Virus record (IMG/VR): IMGVR_UViG_3300032562_000005
Source of the DNA: a virus
Length of the DNA: 64,000 bases
Strand: one strand, 5' to 3'
A program made the position numbers and the translations under genes. The notes beneath the pieces were generated by a model. That model was not told the origin of the DNA. It worked only from the letters and a program-made list of their open reading frames with translations, and ran no database searches. Every line of letters begins with the position of its first letter. The first letter of the stretch is position 1. Shown here piece by piece: positions 9,441-18,902 of this stretch.

Positions 9441-9851
9441 CTATTGTATGGTGGCCTGGATAAATCGTCTTTTTATTTTACCGGGTGGAGTATTTACTAG
9501 TACTCCGTTAGTCCAATTAAGTGTATATTTTTCTTTGTTAACTAAGACTAAATTACGATCGTCCTCAGTCAAAACCAGCTCAAACGACACCAAATCTTTA
9601 TGGTCTAACATACTTACAGTATATAGGATTCCGAGCCCGCGAGCAAGATCACAATAGACATTATCGCTCAAAAGTTGCCATGGATCGGGCCATAATGGTT
9701 GATCGTCCCAATGTAAGTAGTATGGTTGCCAAGGTGTTTTTTGCCACCAATTGTTAACAAGCTCAAGAGCTTGATCCAATGGTAATTCATTGGCAGATGT
9801 GCGTAAATCCGCCCAGGATTCTAACCTGTCGGCAAAGTCATCGAACCACAT
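9441..9851 (-). CDS. hypothetical protein
   Basis: 136-aa Trp-rich ORF coupled to upstream gene. Confidence 0.65.
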   Translation of the reverse strand: MWFDDFADRLESWADLRTSANELPLDQALELVNNWWQKTPWQPYYLHWDDQPLWPDPWQLLSDNVYCDLARGLGILYTVSMLDHKDLVSFELVLTEDDRNLVLVNKEKYTLNWTNGVLVNTPPGKIKRRFIQATIQ

Positions 9852-11446
9852 TAGCTAAAATAAGAAATAGAGTAACTCATTTGGGCATTGATGCCCGATG
9901 TGGAGGTATATTTAACTGAAACAACGGTACCTGTTTGTGTTGCTAGTAAATCAATACCTATAGTTGGGTCAGTTGTGTTTTCAGTGTAGTCGTCGGTGTA
10001 ATTAATAGTACCAACGCCAGTTGCTACCCAGAATGAACCAGTTCTGAAATATGTGCCACGAACTATTGAATAGTCTATTTTAAAACTAGGACCTGTTTCC
10101 GCAACATCGACAGTAAACGCTGTAAGAGGATTTAGTGCTGGACTGTTATCTAATAAGGTTACCGTTAATCCTGATTGTACAGTTTTTCTACCTAACTGTA
10201 TTTGACTGCCATTAGTAGTAGCAATACTAAGAGTTTCACCGATATAAATTCTAGGATGACCAACCGCATAACTATCTGAGCGTTGGAACATATCACCGAT
10301 ACTAGCATTGTTGTCTCCGCCGAATGAAATTATTGGCAATGCTGGATTAGAAACACCTTGGAAGTGATCTGCTACATCATAAAAAATATTATAACCAGTT
10401 GCGTTAAGACTAATCGCACCAAATATAATTCCATAACTATAAATGTTATCAAATACATTACTTGTAATGCGAGTACCTGTTGGCCCGCCATTCACAATAG
10501 TGCCTGTTCCTAACGCTACACCTTGGTATAAAGTGTTAAAACTAGAATTTGTAATTACTATACCTTTAGTTTGTTGGCTTGTATTAACGCCATATACTGT
10601 GCCGGTAAATCTACAACCGTTAAATAAAATATCACTAGTTGCGATTGATGTTGTACTACCAAAAGTTACACCAGATGTATTGCTTCCAGTACTTACTAAA
10701 CTAGTAGTAGTGCCAATACCTAAGAAACTTACGCTACGGAATTCGCAATCAGTAGCTGTTTGAACTAAAAATATATTCTTAGTATTATCTAAACTTTGAA
10801 ATGCCATAGCTCCGATATTAATATCAGCAGGAGGAGTAGCGCCACCATTACCTATGTTTACACCTGTTTGCTGTAAACTATCAGCAGTTTGTGCCACACA
10901 AGTTCCTGTGGCTCCAGTGGCCACCATTTGAATGATCGAGTTATCTGGTCCTTCGCCGTATAGTGTAGCATAAGAAGGAATATTAATTGGTGCGCTAACA
11001 ATGTACTTGCCAGCTGGAAAGAATAACGAACGACGAATTTGTACATTTTGCTGTTGGCAATATAATTGGTTTAAAGCACGGTTAATTGCTGCGGTATCGT
11101 CAGTTAATCCATCACCTTTGGCACCAAAGTCTTTTACACTAGCATATTGGTCCAACCAGTTTTGTAATGTTTGTGTTACAGGAGTACCTGGAGTTGGGCC
11201 TGTTTGGACTACATAACCTGCCGCTGTACCTTTGTAAGTATAGCTACCAGCTAAGTTAAGAATGTCAGAGAATTCTGTTAAAATCTCGGTATTCCCGATA
11301 ACAGGAGCACCTTGTTCTAAAGTACCGTTACCGATATAAAGCTGACGAGTGTCAGTAGACCAGCCTAGTTCAGCACCCGCTAATTGGGGTAAATCTATGT
11401 TTAAACCTAAGCGGTTAGTAATCTGAGAGATTTGGACAATAGCCAT
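9851..11446 (-). CDS. tail fibre/spike protein with Mtd_N-like N-terminus and pectate-lyase-like beta-helix
   Basis: LPQLAGAELGWSTDTRQLYIGNG; SVKDFGAKGDGLTDDTAAINRA; FFPAGKY. Confidence 0.8.
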   Translation of the reverse strand: MAIVQISQITNRLGLNIDLPQLAGAELGWSTDTRQLYIGNGTLEQGAPVIGNTEILTEFSDILNLAGSYTYKGTAAGYVVQTGPTPGTPVTQTLQNWLDQYASVKDFGAKGDGLTDDTAAINRALNQLYCQQQNVQIRRSLFFPAGKYIVSAPINIPSYATLYGEGPDNSIIQMVATGATGTCVAQTADSLQQTGVNIGNGGATPPADINIGAMAFQSLDNTKNIFLVQTATDCEFRSVSFLGIGTTTSLVSTGSNTSGVTFGSTTSIATSDILFNGCRFTGTVYGVNTSQQTKGIVITNSSFNTLYQGVALGTGTIVNGGPTGTRITSNVFDNIYSYGIIFGAISLNATGYNIFYDVADHFQGVSNPALPIISFGGDNNASIGDMFQRSDSYAVGHPRIYIGETLSIATTNGSQIQLGRKTVQSGLTVTLLDNSPALNPLTAFTVDVAETGPSFKIDYSIVRGTYFRTGSFWVATGVGTINYTDDYTENTTDPTIGIDLLATQTGTVVSVKYTSTSGINAQMSYSISYFS

Positions 11447-11472
11447 TTACTGTATTCCTTATTATACAGTAT

Positions 11473-12186
11473 TTAGCTAATCAAGTAGTAGAGCTCCAAA
11501 CGTTTCCACCATTCATTTTCCCAATAATCAAAGTCTTTGGGATCTAATATAAATTCCTGATATTGGGGTTCTGTAAGTAAATTCCCCATTTCATCTACTT
11601 CAGGTTTTACGCACATTAAAACCACACCTTTACGAATGTTGGTGCCATATACTTCGTTGTGAGCTAATGCGTAAGCTACTAATTGTAAGTAATAATCTTG
11701 AATCCACTCTTGCTTTTTAGGTTTATTAGTTTGCTTATAATCAATAATACTTTCATCGCCCATATGGATACCACATCCATCTGTGGTGCCCGCATACAAG
11801 CTAGGAAAAAATAATGGGATTTCTACACCCCATAATTCATCGACATTTTTAAGTCCTTGTTCGATAACTGTTTGCGCCATAGCATGACTAGCCCATCCAA
11901 ACGGATTAGATCCTCGTTCGGGCATTGCGCCATCTTTAATGTACTTTTCTAAGTACGTGTGCATTCGTGTACCGCGATTAGCCGCTTCGGTAGTGATCGC
12001 TTGGGCTTTATCTACCCCAACACGCTTGCGCCAATTTTGTAGTGCTTCCTTCTTTTCTTTCGGCTCAGTAGCTGATAGAATTGTAGTTACACTTGGGACC
12101 TTTTTACCGTCGGGAGTAAGATATAAGCGTTTGCCATCTTCGCTTGTTCGTGATAATTCGTGATACGGAAATTTTGGATTATACAT
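11473..12186 (-). CDS. PD-(D/E)XK exonuclease
   Basis: PSVTTIL, RGTRMH, E...YAGTTD...IIDYKQ, QLVAYA. Confidence 0.85.
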   Translation of the reverse strand: MYNPKFPYHELSRTSEDGKRLYLTPDGKKVPSVTTILSATEPKEKKEALQNWRKRVGVDKAQAITTEAANRGTRMHTYLEKYIKDGAMPERGSNPFGWASHAMAQTVIEQGLKNVDELWGVEIPLFFPSLYAGTTDGCGIHMGDESIIDYKQTNKPKKQEWIQDYYLQLVAYALAHNEVYGTNIRKGVVLMCVKPEVDEMGNLLTEPQYQEFILDPKDFDYWENEWWKRLELYYLIS

Positions 12187-12193
12187 TATATCT

Positions 12194-12223
12194 AGTATAG
12201 CAAATTGACTTCTAAAAAGTCAA
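12194..12223 (-). promoter_or_regulatory. sigma70-type promoter with internal inverted repeat
   Basis: TTGACT-N18-TATACT; TTGACTT...AAGTCAA palindrome overlaps the -35. Confidence 0.55.
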
Positions 12224-12228
12224 CCTTA

Positions 12229-12555
12229 CTATATCCGAAATGACTCTCCGCAACCGCAACGATCTTTCTCCAAAGAATTAATAAATTCAAATCCTTCATT
12301 AAGACCTTGTCGTACATAATCTACAGTAATACCAGCAACCATAGGTAAAGATTTGGGATCCGTAACTATAACTGTATTGGTTTTTTCATCTGACAATAAT
12401 ACATCGTCTATTGACAGGTTGTCGACATATTCCATAATATAAGCAAGTCCCGAGCATCCGGTTGTTTTGATACCTATACGGATAGCAATCCCTTTTCCTC
12501 TTTTTTCGAGATTAGATTTAATCTTTTTAGCAGCAGTATCGGTTACTGTGATCAT
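12229..12555 (-). CDS. iscA: Fe-S cluster assembly A-type carrier
   Basis: TTGCSGLAY and CGCGESF motifs. Confidence 0.93.
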   Translation of the reverse strand: MITVTDTAAKKIKSNLEKRGKGIAIRIGIKTTGCSGLAYIMEYVDNLSIDDVLLSDEKTNTVIVTDPKSLPMVAGITVDYVRQGLNEGFEFINSLEKDRCGCGESFRI

Positions 12556-12926
12556 TGCTTGTTTAGATAGTCGGTTATTGCCGCTTTAATAGCGTCTTCC
12601 GCAAGGATACTACAATGGATTTTAACCGGCGGGAGACAGAGCTCCTCGGCAATATCAGCATTCTTAATTGCGCTAGCTTCGTCCAGCGTTTTACCCTTGA
12701 CCCATTCTGTGACGAGACTACTACTCGCGATCGCCGACCCACACCCGTATGTTTTAAATTTCGCATCTGTTATAATTCCATCTTCTACTTTAATTTGTAA
12801 TCTTAAAACGTCACCGCATGCCGGAGCACCAACTAGGCCTGTACCTACAGTAGTATCAGTGATATCCATTTTACCAACATTGCGAGGATTTTCGTAGTGA
12901 TCAACTACAGCGTCTGAGTATGCCAT
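12552..12926 (-). CDS. iscU: Fe-S cluster assembly scaffold
   Basis: DHYENPRNVG, GAPACGD, FKTYGCGSAIASSS, LPPVKIHCS. Confidence 0.96.
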   Translation of the reverse strand: MAYSDAVVDHYENPRNVGKMDITDTTVGTGLVGAPACGDVLRLQIKVEDGIITDAKFKTYGCGSAIASSSLVTEWVKGKTLDEASAIKNADIAEELCLPPVKIHCSILAEDAIKAAITDYLNKQ

Positions 12927-13084
12927 TATTTTTTTACCGGTGGTGCTGGTGGTTTAGGAGCCTGCGGTGCTGGGTGTGGTGTTGCTATCGGTTTTTTGCT
13001 CAAATCGCTAATTAAATTTCCTAACCCGGCAGCCGAAATATCAGACATGCTAATTAAAATACAGAATGTATATAGAAACTTCAT
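12926..13084 (-). CDS. small exported Pro-rich peptide, 52 aa
   Basis: Hand-translated MKFLYTFCILISMSDISAAGLGN...PHPAPQAPKPPAPPVKK; abuts the upstream gene and has a TAATG overlap with iscU. Confidence 0.6.
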   Translation of the reverse strand: MKFLYTFCILISMSDISAAGLGNLISDLSKKPIATPHPAPQAPKPPAPPVKK

Positions 13085-13402
13085 TTAGTTTGGGACCAAT
13101 ACTGTCCTGTAACAATTACAATTTGCATCAAGGATATTTTCTTGATGATAATTTGATGGATTTGGTTGTTGTACATATACCGCTTGTGGTTGTGGTTGGA
13201 CATATACCGGTTGAACATACACTGGCTGGGCATAGTATGGACGAGCAATGCTATATCCTACCACGCCACCAATGATTGCTGGAGCAACCCAACTATTGTA
13301 TCCGCCATGATAATAACCGCCACGATAGCAACACCATGCGTTAGCATTACTAGCACCTAGAGCTGATACTACTAACAACAATGATAAAATAATTTTTTTC
13401 AT
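13085..13402 (-). CDS. exported Gly/Tyr/Pro-rich protein
   Basis: Signal peptide (ANA), glycine-zipper-like segment, QPVYV repeats. Confidence 0.7.
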   Translation of the reverse strand: MKKIILSLLLVVSALGASNANAWCCYRGGYYHGGYNSWVAPAIIGGVVGYSIARPYYAQPVYVQPVYVQPQPQAVYVQQPNPSNYHQENILDANCNCYRTVLVPN

Positions 13403-13432
13403 TTTGCTACTCCTTTTTGTATTACTGCAGTA

Positions 13433-13461
13433 ATTGTACTTAGTTTTGGATTGATTGTCAA
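13433..13461 (-). promoter_or_regulatory. sigma70-type early promoter for the exported protein-iscU-iscA unit
   Basis: TTGACA-N17-TACAAT. Confidence 0.75.
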
Positions 13462-13479
13462 CCGCTTTATGCTGTTGAT

Positions 13480-13842
13480 TTATTTAGAAAATCCGCGCTT
13501 CATAGCGGATTTGGCATTCGAGTTTACTATTTTTTCAGCTTGATCCGTGTCCATTGAAGTATCTGTGACATCTGTATTACCTTTGAACTTAACTACATTT
13601 GAGTTAGGCTCGTATGGTAGCAAGACATTGCTAAGTGGTTCTTTAGCAATTAAATCGCCTAAGGTATCGGCGGTAACATTGACCCCAAGGCTTTGTGCCA
13701 AGTCAACAAACGCCTGTGTAGAAATCTGTTTTTTAGAATCTGTATCTCCGGCACGGCCAGCAAGAAATTGTGTCAGGGCCATGAGCTTGCCAGAATCAAC
13801 CTTGCCAGATTGATTTAGATTTTCTACTTCAAATATTAACAT
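13480..13842 (-). CDS. hypothetical, putative head-associated protein
   Basis: 120-aa ORF, MLIFEV N-terminus. Confidence 0.6.
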   Translation of the reverse strand: MLIFEVENLNQSGKVDSGKLMALTQFLAGRAGDTDSKKQISTQAFVDLAQSLGVNVTADTLGDLIAKEPLSNVLLPYEPNSNVVKFKGNTDVTDTSMDTDQAEKIVNSNAKSAMKRGFSK

Positions 13843-14816
13843 TACTTGCGTTTAGCGCGACCTAAACCTGCGCCGCCCATTTCAGGAGCTTCTGGTTCTT
13901 CTGGTGGCAACTCGTCCATACCTTCTTCGCCAGCAACTTCAGCGCCTAATTCAGCACCTAAGTCGGCGCCATCTTCAGCACCTAAATCGGCACCAAGTTC
14001 ATCTTCTCCTGGAATAGAAGGAGCAGCTTGACCTGTAACTACACCAAGTGCTTGATCTAATTGTTGACGAGCACCTTGTAAGTTTTGTAACAAGCCAGCA
14101 AGAGCGGCTGTTGCGTCTGTGTTGAATTGCATAGCTTGGTCAACACCAATTTGATTTTTAATTTGATCAACCAAGGCTGGCAAATCTTTAAATTGCATTG
14201 CGCTTACTTGCTCAGACATTTTTTGAACTTCGTCAACCATGTCCTGTGATGCTAGTACTACTTGTGCTTGTTGTACTTCTGATTCGCGAAGTATGCGATA
14301 TAAACTTGTTCTCAATTGTTTACTTTCTGTTTGAAGAGCAGCTTGAGCAACTAATTGTTGGTCAGCTGGATTTAATGCTTGTCCCTGTTGAGCTTTTTGC
14401 ATAGCTACTTTAAGTTTAGGATCGCTAATGTTATTAACCTGTGCTTGCTGTTGTTGCTTTTTAGCTTGATCACCTGCGGCTACAGCTGGATTAGTTGGAG
14501 GCATACCTTGCGTGGACATTGTTTGATTTTGATTAGCGCCAGCTGTTGAACCAACCGCTACTGTAGGAGTTTCGTTAACTTTAGTAACTAGCACTCGCTC
14601 CATCATCATTAACTTTAAGTAAGTTGGGTTTTGCTCTGAGCTATGATAAGCGGCTGTAGACTTATGCTCATTTACGAGCTTGCGTACTTTAGACAGCATT
14701 AATCGTGCTTGTTTTGCGGACATTACGTCTACATTAATGGAGTCACCAAAATAACTCTCAAATACCTTAGCGGCTTGTTTGCTTGGCTTTGTTGTTGCCA
14801 GTTCGAACAGTTTCAT
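13842..14816 (-). CDS. putative prohead core/scaffold-like protein
   Basis: Helical, Q-rich with acidic tail; MKLFEL start; VNE/LRE motifs. Confidence 0.45.
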   Translation of the reverse strand: MKLFELATTKPSKQAAKVFESYFGDSINVDVMSAKQARLMLSKVRKLVNEHKSTAAYHSSEQNPTYLKLMMMERVLVTKVNETPTVAVGSTAGANQNQTMSTQGMPPTNPAVAAGDQAKKQQQQAQVNNISDPKLKVAMQKAQQGQALNPADQQLVAQAALQTESKQLRTSLYRILRESEVQQAQVVLASQDMVDEVQKMSEQVSAMQFKDLPALVDQIKNQIGVDQAMQFNTDATAALAGLLQNLQGARQQLDQALGVVTGQAAPSIPGEDELGADLGAEDGADLGAELGAEVAGEEGMDELPPEEPEAPEMGGAGLGRAKRK

Positions 14817-15267
14817 TATTAAATCCTCGTTGTTGACAGTATTTAGCAAAATTTACACATTTGGTTAATTGTTGCTCTACTTGTTTTTTGCGTATAATCT
14901 TAGTTTCTAGCTTGGTTTCGACGGTTTCTCGGAACAAAGGTTGCTTACTACGATCCGCTAAATTAGCTCTTGTTGCTATATCTGAAGTTAATGAACTTAA
15001 CTTATTATCTAATGTTAGTATATCGCGGGCTAAATTATGATGGGTATATTTGTCGGCTATACACCAGCTTAATGCGGTTTTTGTAGTACTAAACAAACCA
15101 ACATCTGTTGCCGAACAATGTACACGAAACCCGTGTTTTTCAGGGGTTATTACATAGCGGTCAAATACCTCATATCCGCCGGCATCATTTTGCCAAATAA
15201 GATTGGCAGATAAATCTGGAAATTCTTTTCGGAATAACTTGTTGAGTTCTTGTGTATTTTCAATCAT
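14767..15267 (-). CDS. hypothetical protein
   Basis: 166-aa ORF. Confidence 0.65.
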   Translation of the reverse strand: MIENTQELNKLFRKEFPDLSANLIWQNDAGGYEVFDRYVITPEKHGFRVHCSATDVGLFSTTKTALSWCIADKYTHHNLARDILTLDNKLSSLTSDIATRANLADRSKQPLFRETVETKLETKIIRKKQVEQQLTKCVNFAKYCQQRGFNNETVRTGNNKAKQTSR

Positions 15268-15530
15268 TTAATGACGTAGTGGGATATAAGATAGATAGTC
15301 GAAGCGGACAAAAACCCAATAATGCCAATGCCCCAACTAATTAGTCTATCTGTATTTTTTTCGGCTAATTTACTAACACTAGATTTAACCTCCTGGACCA
15401 TAGAACAAAGATGTGCAATATTTTCAGCCATAGCAACCATTTTGTCTTCCAACGCATTATAGCGTTCAGCACAGAGCTCCACATGGGCCTCTAGACTTTT
15501 CTTTTCAATATCCGTAGCTTCAACACTCAT
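15264..15530 (-). CDS. coiled-coil protein with C-terminal TM helix (holin/XhlA-like architecture)
   Basis: HVELCAERY coiled coil followed by a hydrophobic helix. Confidence 0.55.
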   Translation of the reverse strand: MSVEATDIEKKSLEAHVELCAERYNALEDKMVAMAENIAHLCSMVQEVKSSVSKLAEKNTDRLISWGIGIIGFLSASTIYLISHYVIK

Positions 15531-15557
15531 AATCGATCCTATTTTAGTATCATATAT

Positions 15558-15971
15558 TTATTGTAATATGTCAAACCAAATATTTTGCTCATTGCCTGTA
15601 ACAACCAAAAATGGAGTTAAATTTTTATTATTTCCCAAACCTACTAGCATAGGAACTCCTGCCGAGTCAGACAATAACATTTCAGTCGGGTTTTCTTCGG
15701 GCCCAAACACATAGGGTGTTTCGGTTTCAAATTCAAAACTCCAAATATTATTGTCTTTCTTGGGTGTTTGTAATCGAGAAATTTGTGTTCGCAAACTGAT
15801 TAATTGAGTAATAGTTTCCCAATTTCTTTGTTGATTTCTGGCTTTATTCCACGATAATTCGTCTTCGATACTATTACCATCTGAATCTTTGAACGGAATT
15901 CGTGATGATTTATAATGTCCAGTAACGCCAGTGACAGTAATATCAAAGAAGGTTTTACAAGTAAATCTCAT
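15558..15971 (-). CDS. hypothetical protein
   Basis: 137-aa ORF. Confidence 0.65.
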   Translation of the reverse strand: MRFTCKTFFDITVTGVTGHYKSSRIPFKDSDGNSIEDELSWNKARNQQRNWETITQLISLRTQISRLQTPKKDNNIWSFEFETETPYVFGPEENPTEMLLSDSAGVPMLVGLGNNKNLTPFLVVTGNEQNIWFDILQ

Positions 15972-16222
15972 TCTGAACTTTTAGACAGTTCATATAAAAT
16001 TTCAACTTGCTCACATAATTCATCGAGTGCCGTATTACCATTTCTAGCATGAAATATTTCCATCCAACGGCGTTGTCGTTCGATATCTGCTAATTCTTTA
16101 TCCAATAAAGGATCTCGCGAATGTAATTCTCGATGTTGTTGCCCAGGCTGCCTAGCATATACTGTGCGGCCGCCATCTGGACTTTCGAATATGGTAACTT
16201 CTGTAATCTTACTAACTGTCAT
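15968..16222 (-). CDS. hypothetical protein
   Basis: 84-aa ORF (IFESPDGGRTVYAR). Confidence 0.65.
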   Translation of the reverse strand: MTVSKITEVTIFESPDGGRTVYARQPGQQHRELHSRDPLLDKELADIERQRRWMEIFHARNGNTALDELCEQVEILYELSKSSE

Positions 16223-16242
16223 AATATAGGTATATTTAACCC

Positions 16243-16271
16243 ATTGTAACTAGCATAGAAATTAAAGTCAA
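16243..16271 (-). promoter_or_regulatory. sigma70-type promoter
   Basis: TTGACT-N17-TACAAT. Confidence 0.6.
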
Positions 16272-16272
16272 C

Positions 16273-16296
16273 AAAAAAGCACCTTGCGGTGCTTTT
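16273..16296 (-). terminator. rho-independent terminator
   Basis: AAAAGCACC-GCAA-GGTGCTTTTTT after the 149-aa gene. Confidence 0.8.
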
Positions 16297-16318
16297 GTGC
16301 TTTAAAGTAAACTTTAAA

Positions 16319-16768
16319 TTAGCTGTCACTAGTAGCTGTAGAAGCTAAACGGAAACCAACATTAGTAACTGTAGCTGCTGCTACGTTACAATATGTTCCA
16401 GCTGTTGAGTTTTGGATATTGCCCAATGCTTGGATAGTAGCTTGCAAAGTTGTAGCTGTGTAAGCTGCTGTTGGGTAAATTGCTAAACTCATGTTAACTG
16501 TGTTAGCTGTGTTATCTACTTGATAGATAGCAACTGTAGCTGTCTGTTGAATTGTTTGAAGAATCAACTGAACTGCGCCGTTAACACCAGCTTGGTTATA
16601 AGCTGAATTACCTAAGCCAACGCCAAAAAAGTCTAATTTTGGACCAGCAAAGTTTGTTGGTGTGCCAGCAGGTGTGTATGCTGTGTTTGCTGCTAACTGT
16701 GGTCCGTTAAGAACGTCAGTTGCAAATACTGGTTGTGAACCGCCTGATACTAATGGAATTTGTGCCAT
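16319..16768 (-). CDS. putative abundant virion protein (e.g. decoration)
   Basis: A/T-rich 149 aa, TAAATA upstream, strong RBS, own terminator. Confidence 0.55.
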   Translation of the reverse strand: MAQIPLVSGGSQPVFATDVLNGPQLAANTAYTPAGTPTNFAGPKLDFFGVGLGNSAYNQAGVNGAVQLILQTIQQTATVAIYQVDNTANTVNMSLAIYPTAAYTATTLQATIQALGNIQNSTAGTYCNVAAATVTNVGFRLASTATSDS

Positions 16769-16848
16769 TTTAAATCTCCTAAGTTAATTGGTCTCAAAGG
16801 ACCTGCATGTATTTAGTCAGAAGATAAAAAATGGGGGTTTTGGATATA

Positions 16849-16983
16849 TTATTCTGTCGGAGTTGGGGTACTATTAGCTATATTACCGCCATATTCTTGG
16901 ACATTTGCTGGTATAGGAGCAATACGCTGATCTACAGTGAATACTGGTTGTGAGCCGCCCGATACCAATGGAATTTGTGCCAT
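16849..16983 (-). CDS. 44-aa microprotein sharing its first 15 aa with 16319..16768
   Basis: Hand-translated MAQIPLVSGGSQPVFTVDQRIAPIPANVQEYGGNIANSTPTPTE. Confidence 0.65.
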   Translation of the reverse strand: MAQIPLVSGGSQPVFTVDQRIAPIPANVQEYGGNIANSTPTPTE

Positions 16984-16991
16984 AAAAATAT

Positions 16992-18902
16992 TTAGTTGGC
17001 TGGTGCGTTTTGACGGCGATTTGCTCTAGAAAAGTCAAATCTATTAACAAATTTAGTCATTCCGCCTGGATGTGATATAACCCAGCCCTCTTGTCCTGGA
17101 TGTTGGCGATCCAATTGCTGTAACATATCCATCTTAATATTATGTAACAATACAAAGGCAGAAAATGCGGCACTTAATCCATCCATATTACTTCTTGGAC
17201 TTTGTAAATATTCAACAATGTTATTATACTTGCGCGGTGTTACTTTAGTTTGTAACCATTTAGCAAATCCTGGAACTAGTGTGCTCACATCAAAATCTGC
17301 CACAGTATCATCTTTAACTAGACTATTAATATAATCTACACATAAACGAGGTAAATCGCTGATTTGTAACTGTCTAAGTTCAGCAGGACTAAACAAAGTA
17401 TTGATTGCTTGCCCGTGTCCACTGACTAAACCTTTTAATTGTTTGACTAAACTACTATCAGTTGGCTTAACATTCTCTTTAGGAGTAATAGGCTCAATAA
17501 GCAATAAGCCTGGAACTGAATTTAATTTTACATTTCCCAAAGGCTCTTTGCCAGCGCCTTGCTCTTTATAGTAAGTGTGGATAGCAATGCCAACTTGACT
17601 GCCAGCAATTTCTTGTCCTAGTTTTGAACTAACAGGAATATTATATTCTACAGTATTTGGTTTGAATACAAAAGCCCCAGATACTTCAGGCGGGGTACTT
17701 GTATAAAGTAAATCGCCTTGTATATAACCCCTAAAATCTTTAGGTGTGGCTTGCTCTAACATAGGCCAAAGTGTTTGGTAGATAGGAGCCAATTGCGCCA
17801 CACGATTCGCTGATAAACCTTTTGCTTTAGCTTCAGCATCGCGGTTAGCTAAATGTTGTGTAATTTGTTTTGGACTTGTAAACAATCCCTGATAGCCAAC
17901 TGCGCCAAACCCAGCTACATCTGTTAATACAAAAGTGCCATCTGGTTCCCGACCAAATACTACTGCTGGTTTTCCGTCCCATTTCACAGTAACAGATGAT
18001 GTTGTGTTATCTTTAAGATGCGCTATAACTGCTAATGCTTCTTTGATGCCAGCTGTCCCTTTGCGGAATACCAAGTCTTCGATATGTTCAATACCCTTAG
18101 CTTGTCCGCCTTTAACTTCAGTATTTTCGATTAATTTTGCCATTCCTTTGTTAACAATACGGTCACGCAAGCGAGCCAAGAAGTTTGTGTCTGACTCACC
18201 GCGTGTTTCAAAGAATGGTACTCCTGCTTTAGTAAAGTGATCTCGAGCTTGTGCTAATTTTTCATCTTTCTTAGGATCATTTTGTAGTGCCTGGACAATA
18301 GTTTCCACAGAGTAGAGGTCATCCTTCGTAGCTCTAGGGTTAAGTAAAATTTTAGCGATCTTGTCTGGATCGGTTTCAACAACTTCTTCATTAGCACGAT
18401 TAATAATACCACGGCGCTGATCTAGTTTATATCCTAATGCTTTAGCAACTGAGTTAATTAATATATTACGATCTGACCCTTTATATTCTGAATTTGCCGG
18501 AGCAGACAAAAAGAATTTACCTACTCCTAAATTTTTCATAAACATAAAATCGGTTTGTACATAGCCGTTATTAGGGTTTCCGTTTATAGGAGTTTTAAAA
18601 TGTATATTGGTGCCTGCTTTTTTAACATATTCATTTGGTTTTAAATTATGGCTAGTACACCATTGTGTAAGTTCTGCGGCTAATTGCTCAGGAGAAATTT
18701 CATTAATATCTACAGCTACATCTAAGTCTCCCGATGTAGGCTTCAATCCTGTACTACCTAAAGTATTATTTTGTAAATCAATATCCAACATTTGCTCAAG
18801 CCAATTTAATGTAGGCTTAACATCCGTTTGGTTAATTCGTTGTGTTAGGGCTTGGCCGTCTCCGTTTTTAAAAACATTGCCGCCTTCTTTTAATAATCTC
18901 AT
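16992..18902 (-). CDS. fusion of Pol-beta-type nucleotidyltransferase and KxDG RNA-ligase-like domain
   Basis: LGSTG....SGDLDVAV and VQTDF; VKWDG, QGDLLY, QEGWV, KFVNR. Confidence 0.7.
   Translation of the reverse strand: MRLLKEGGNVFKNGDGQALTQRINQTDVKPTLNWLEQMLDIDLQNNTLGSTGLKPTSGDLDVAVDINEISPEQLAAELTQWCTSHNLKPNEYVKKAGTNIHFKTPINGNPNNGYVQTDFMFMKNLGVGKFFLSAPANSEYKGSDRNILINSVAKALGYKLDQRRGIINRANEEVVETDPDKIAKILLNPRATKDDLYSVETIVQALQNDPKKDEKLAQARDHFTKAGVPFFETRGESDTNFLARLRDRIVNKGMAKLIENTEVKGGQAKGIEHIEDLVFRKGTAGIKEALAVIAHLKDNTTSSVTVKWDGKPAVVFGREPDGTFVLTDVAGFGAVGYQGLFTSPKQITQHLANRDAEAKAKGLSANRVAQLAPIYQTLWPMLEQATPKDFRGYIQGDLLYTSTPPEVSGAFVFKPNTVEYNIPVSSKLGQEIAGSQVGIAIHTYYKEQGAGKEPLGNVKLNSVPGLLLIEPITPKENVKPTDSSLVKQLKGLVSGHGQAINTLFSPAELRQLQISDLPRLCVDYINSLVKDDTVADFDVSTLVPGFAKWLQTKVTPRKYNNIVEYLQSPRSNMDGLSAAFSAFVLLHNIKMDMLQQLDRQHPGQEGWVISHPGGMTKFVNRFDFSRANRRQNAPAN

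Noticed and set aside
9851-11446. Diversity-generating retroelement suggested by the Mtd_N-like N-terminus
   Set aside because: No reverse transcriptase and no template/variable repeat pair seen in the window.
11473-12186. Cas4 / CRISPR system
   Set aside because: It is a generic PD-(D/E)XK exonuclease without the four-Cys cluster; no repeat-spacer array seen.
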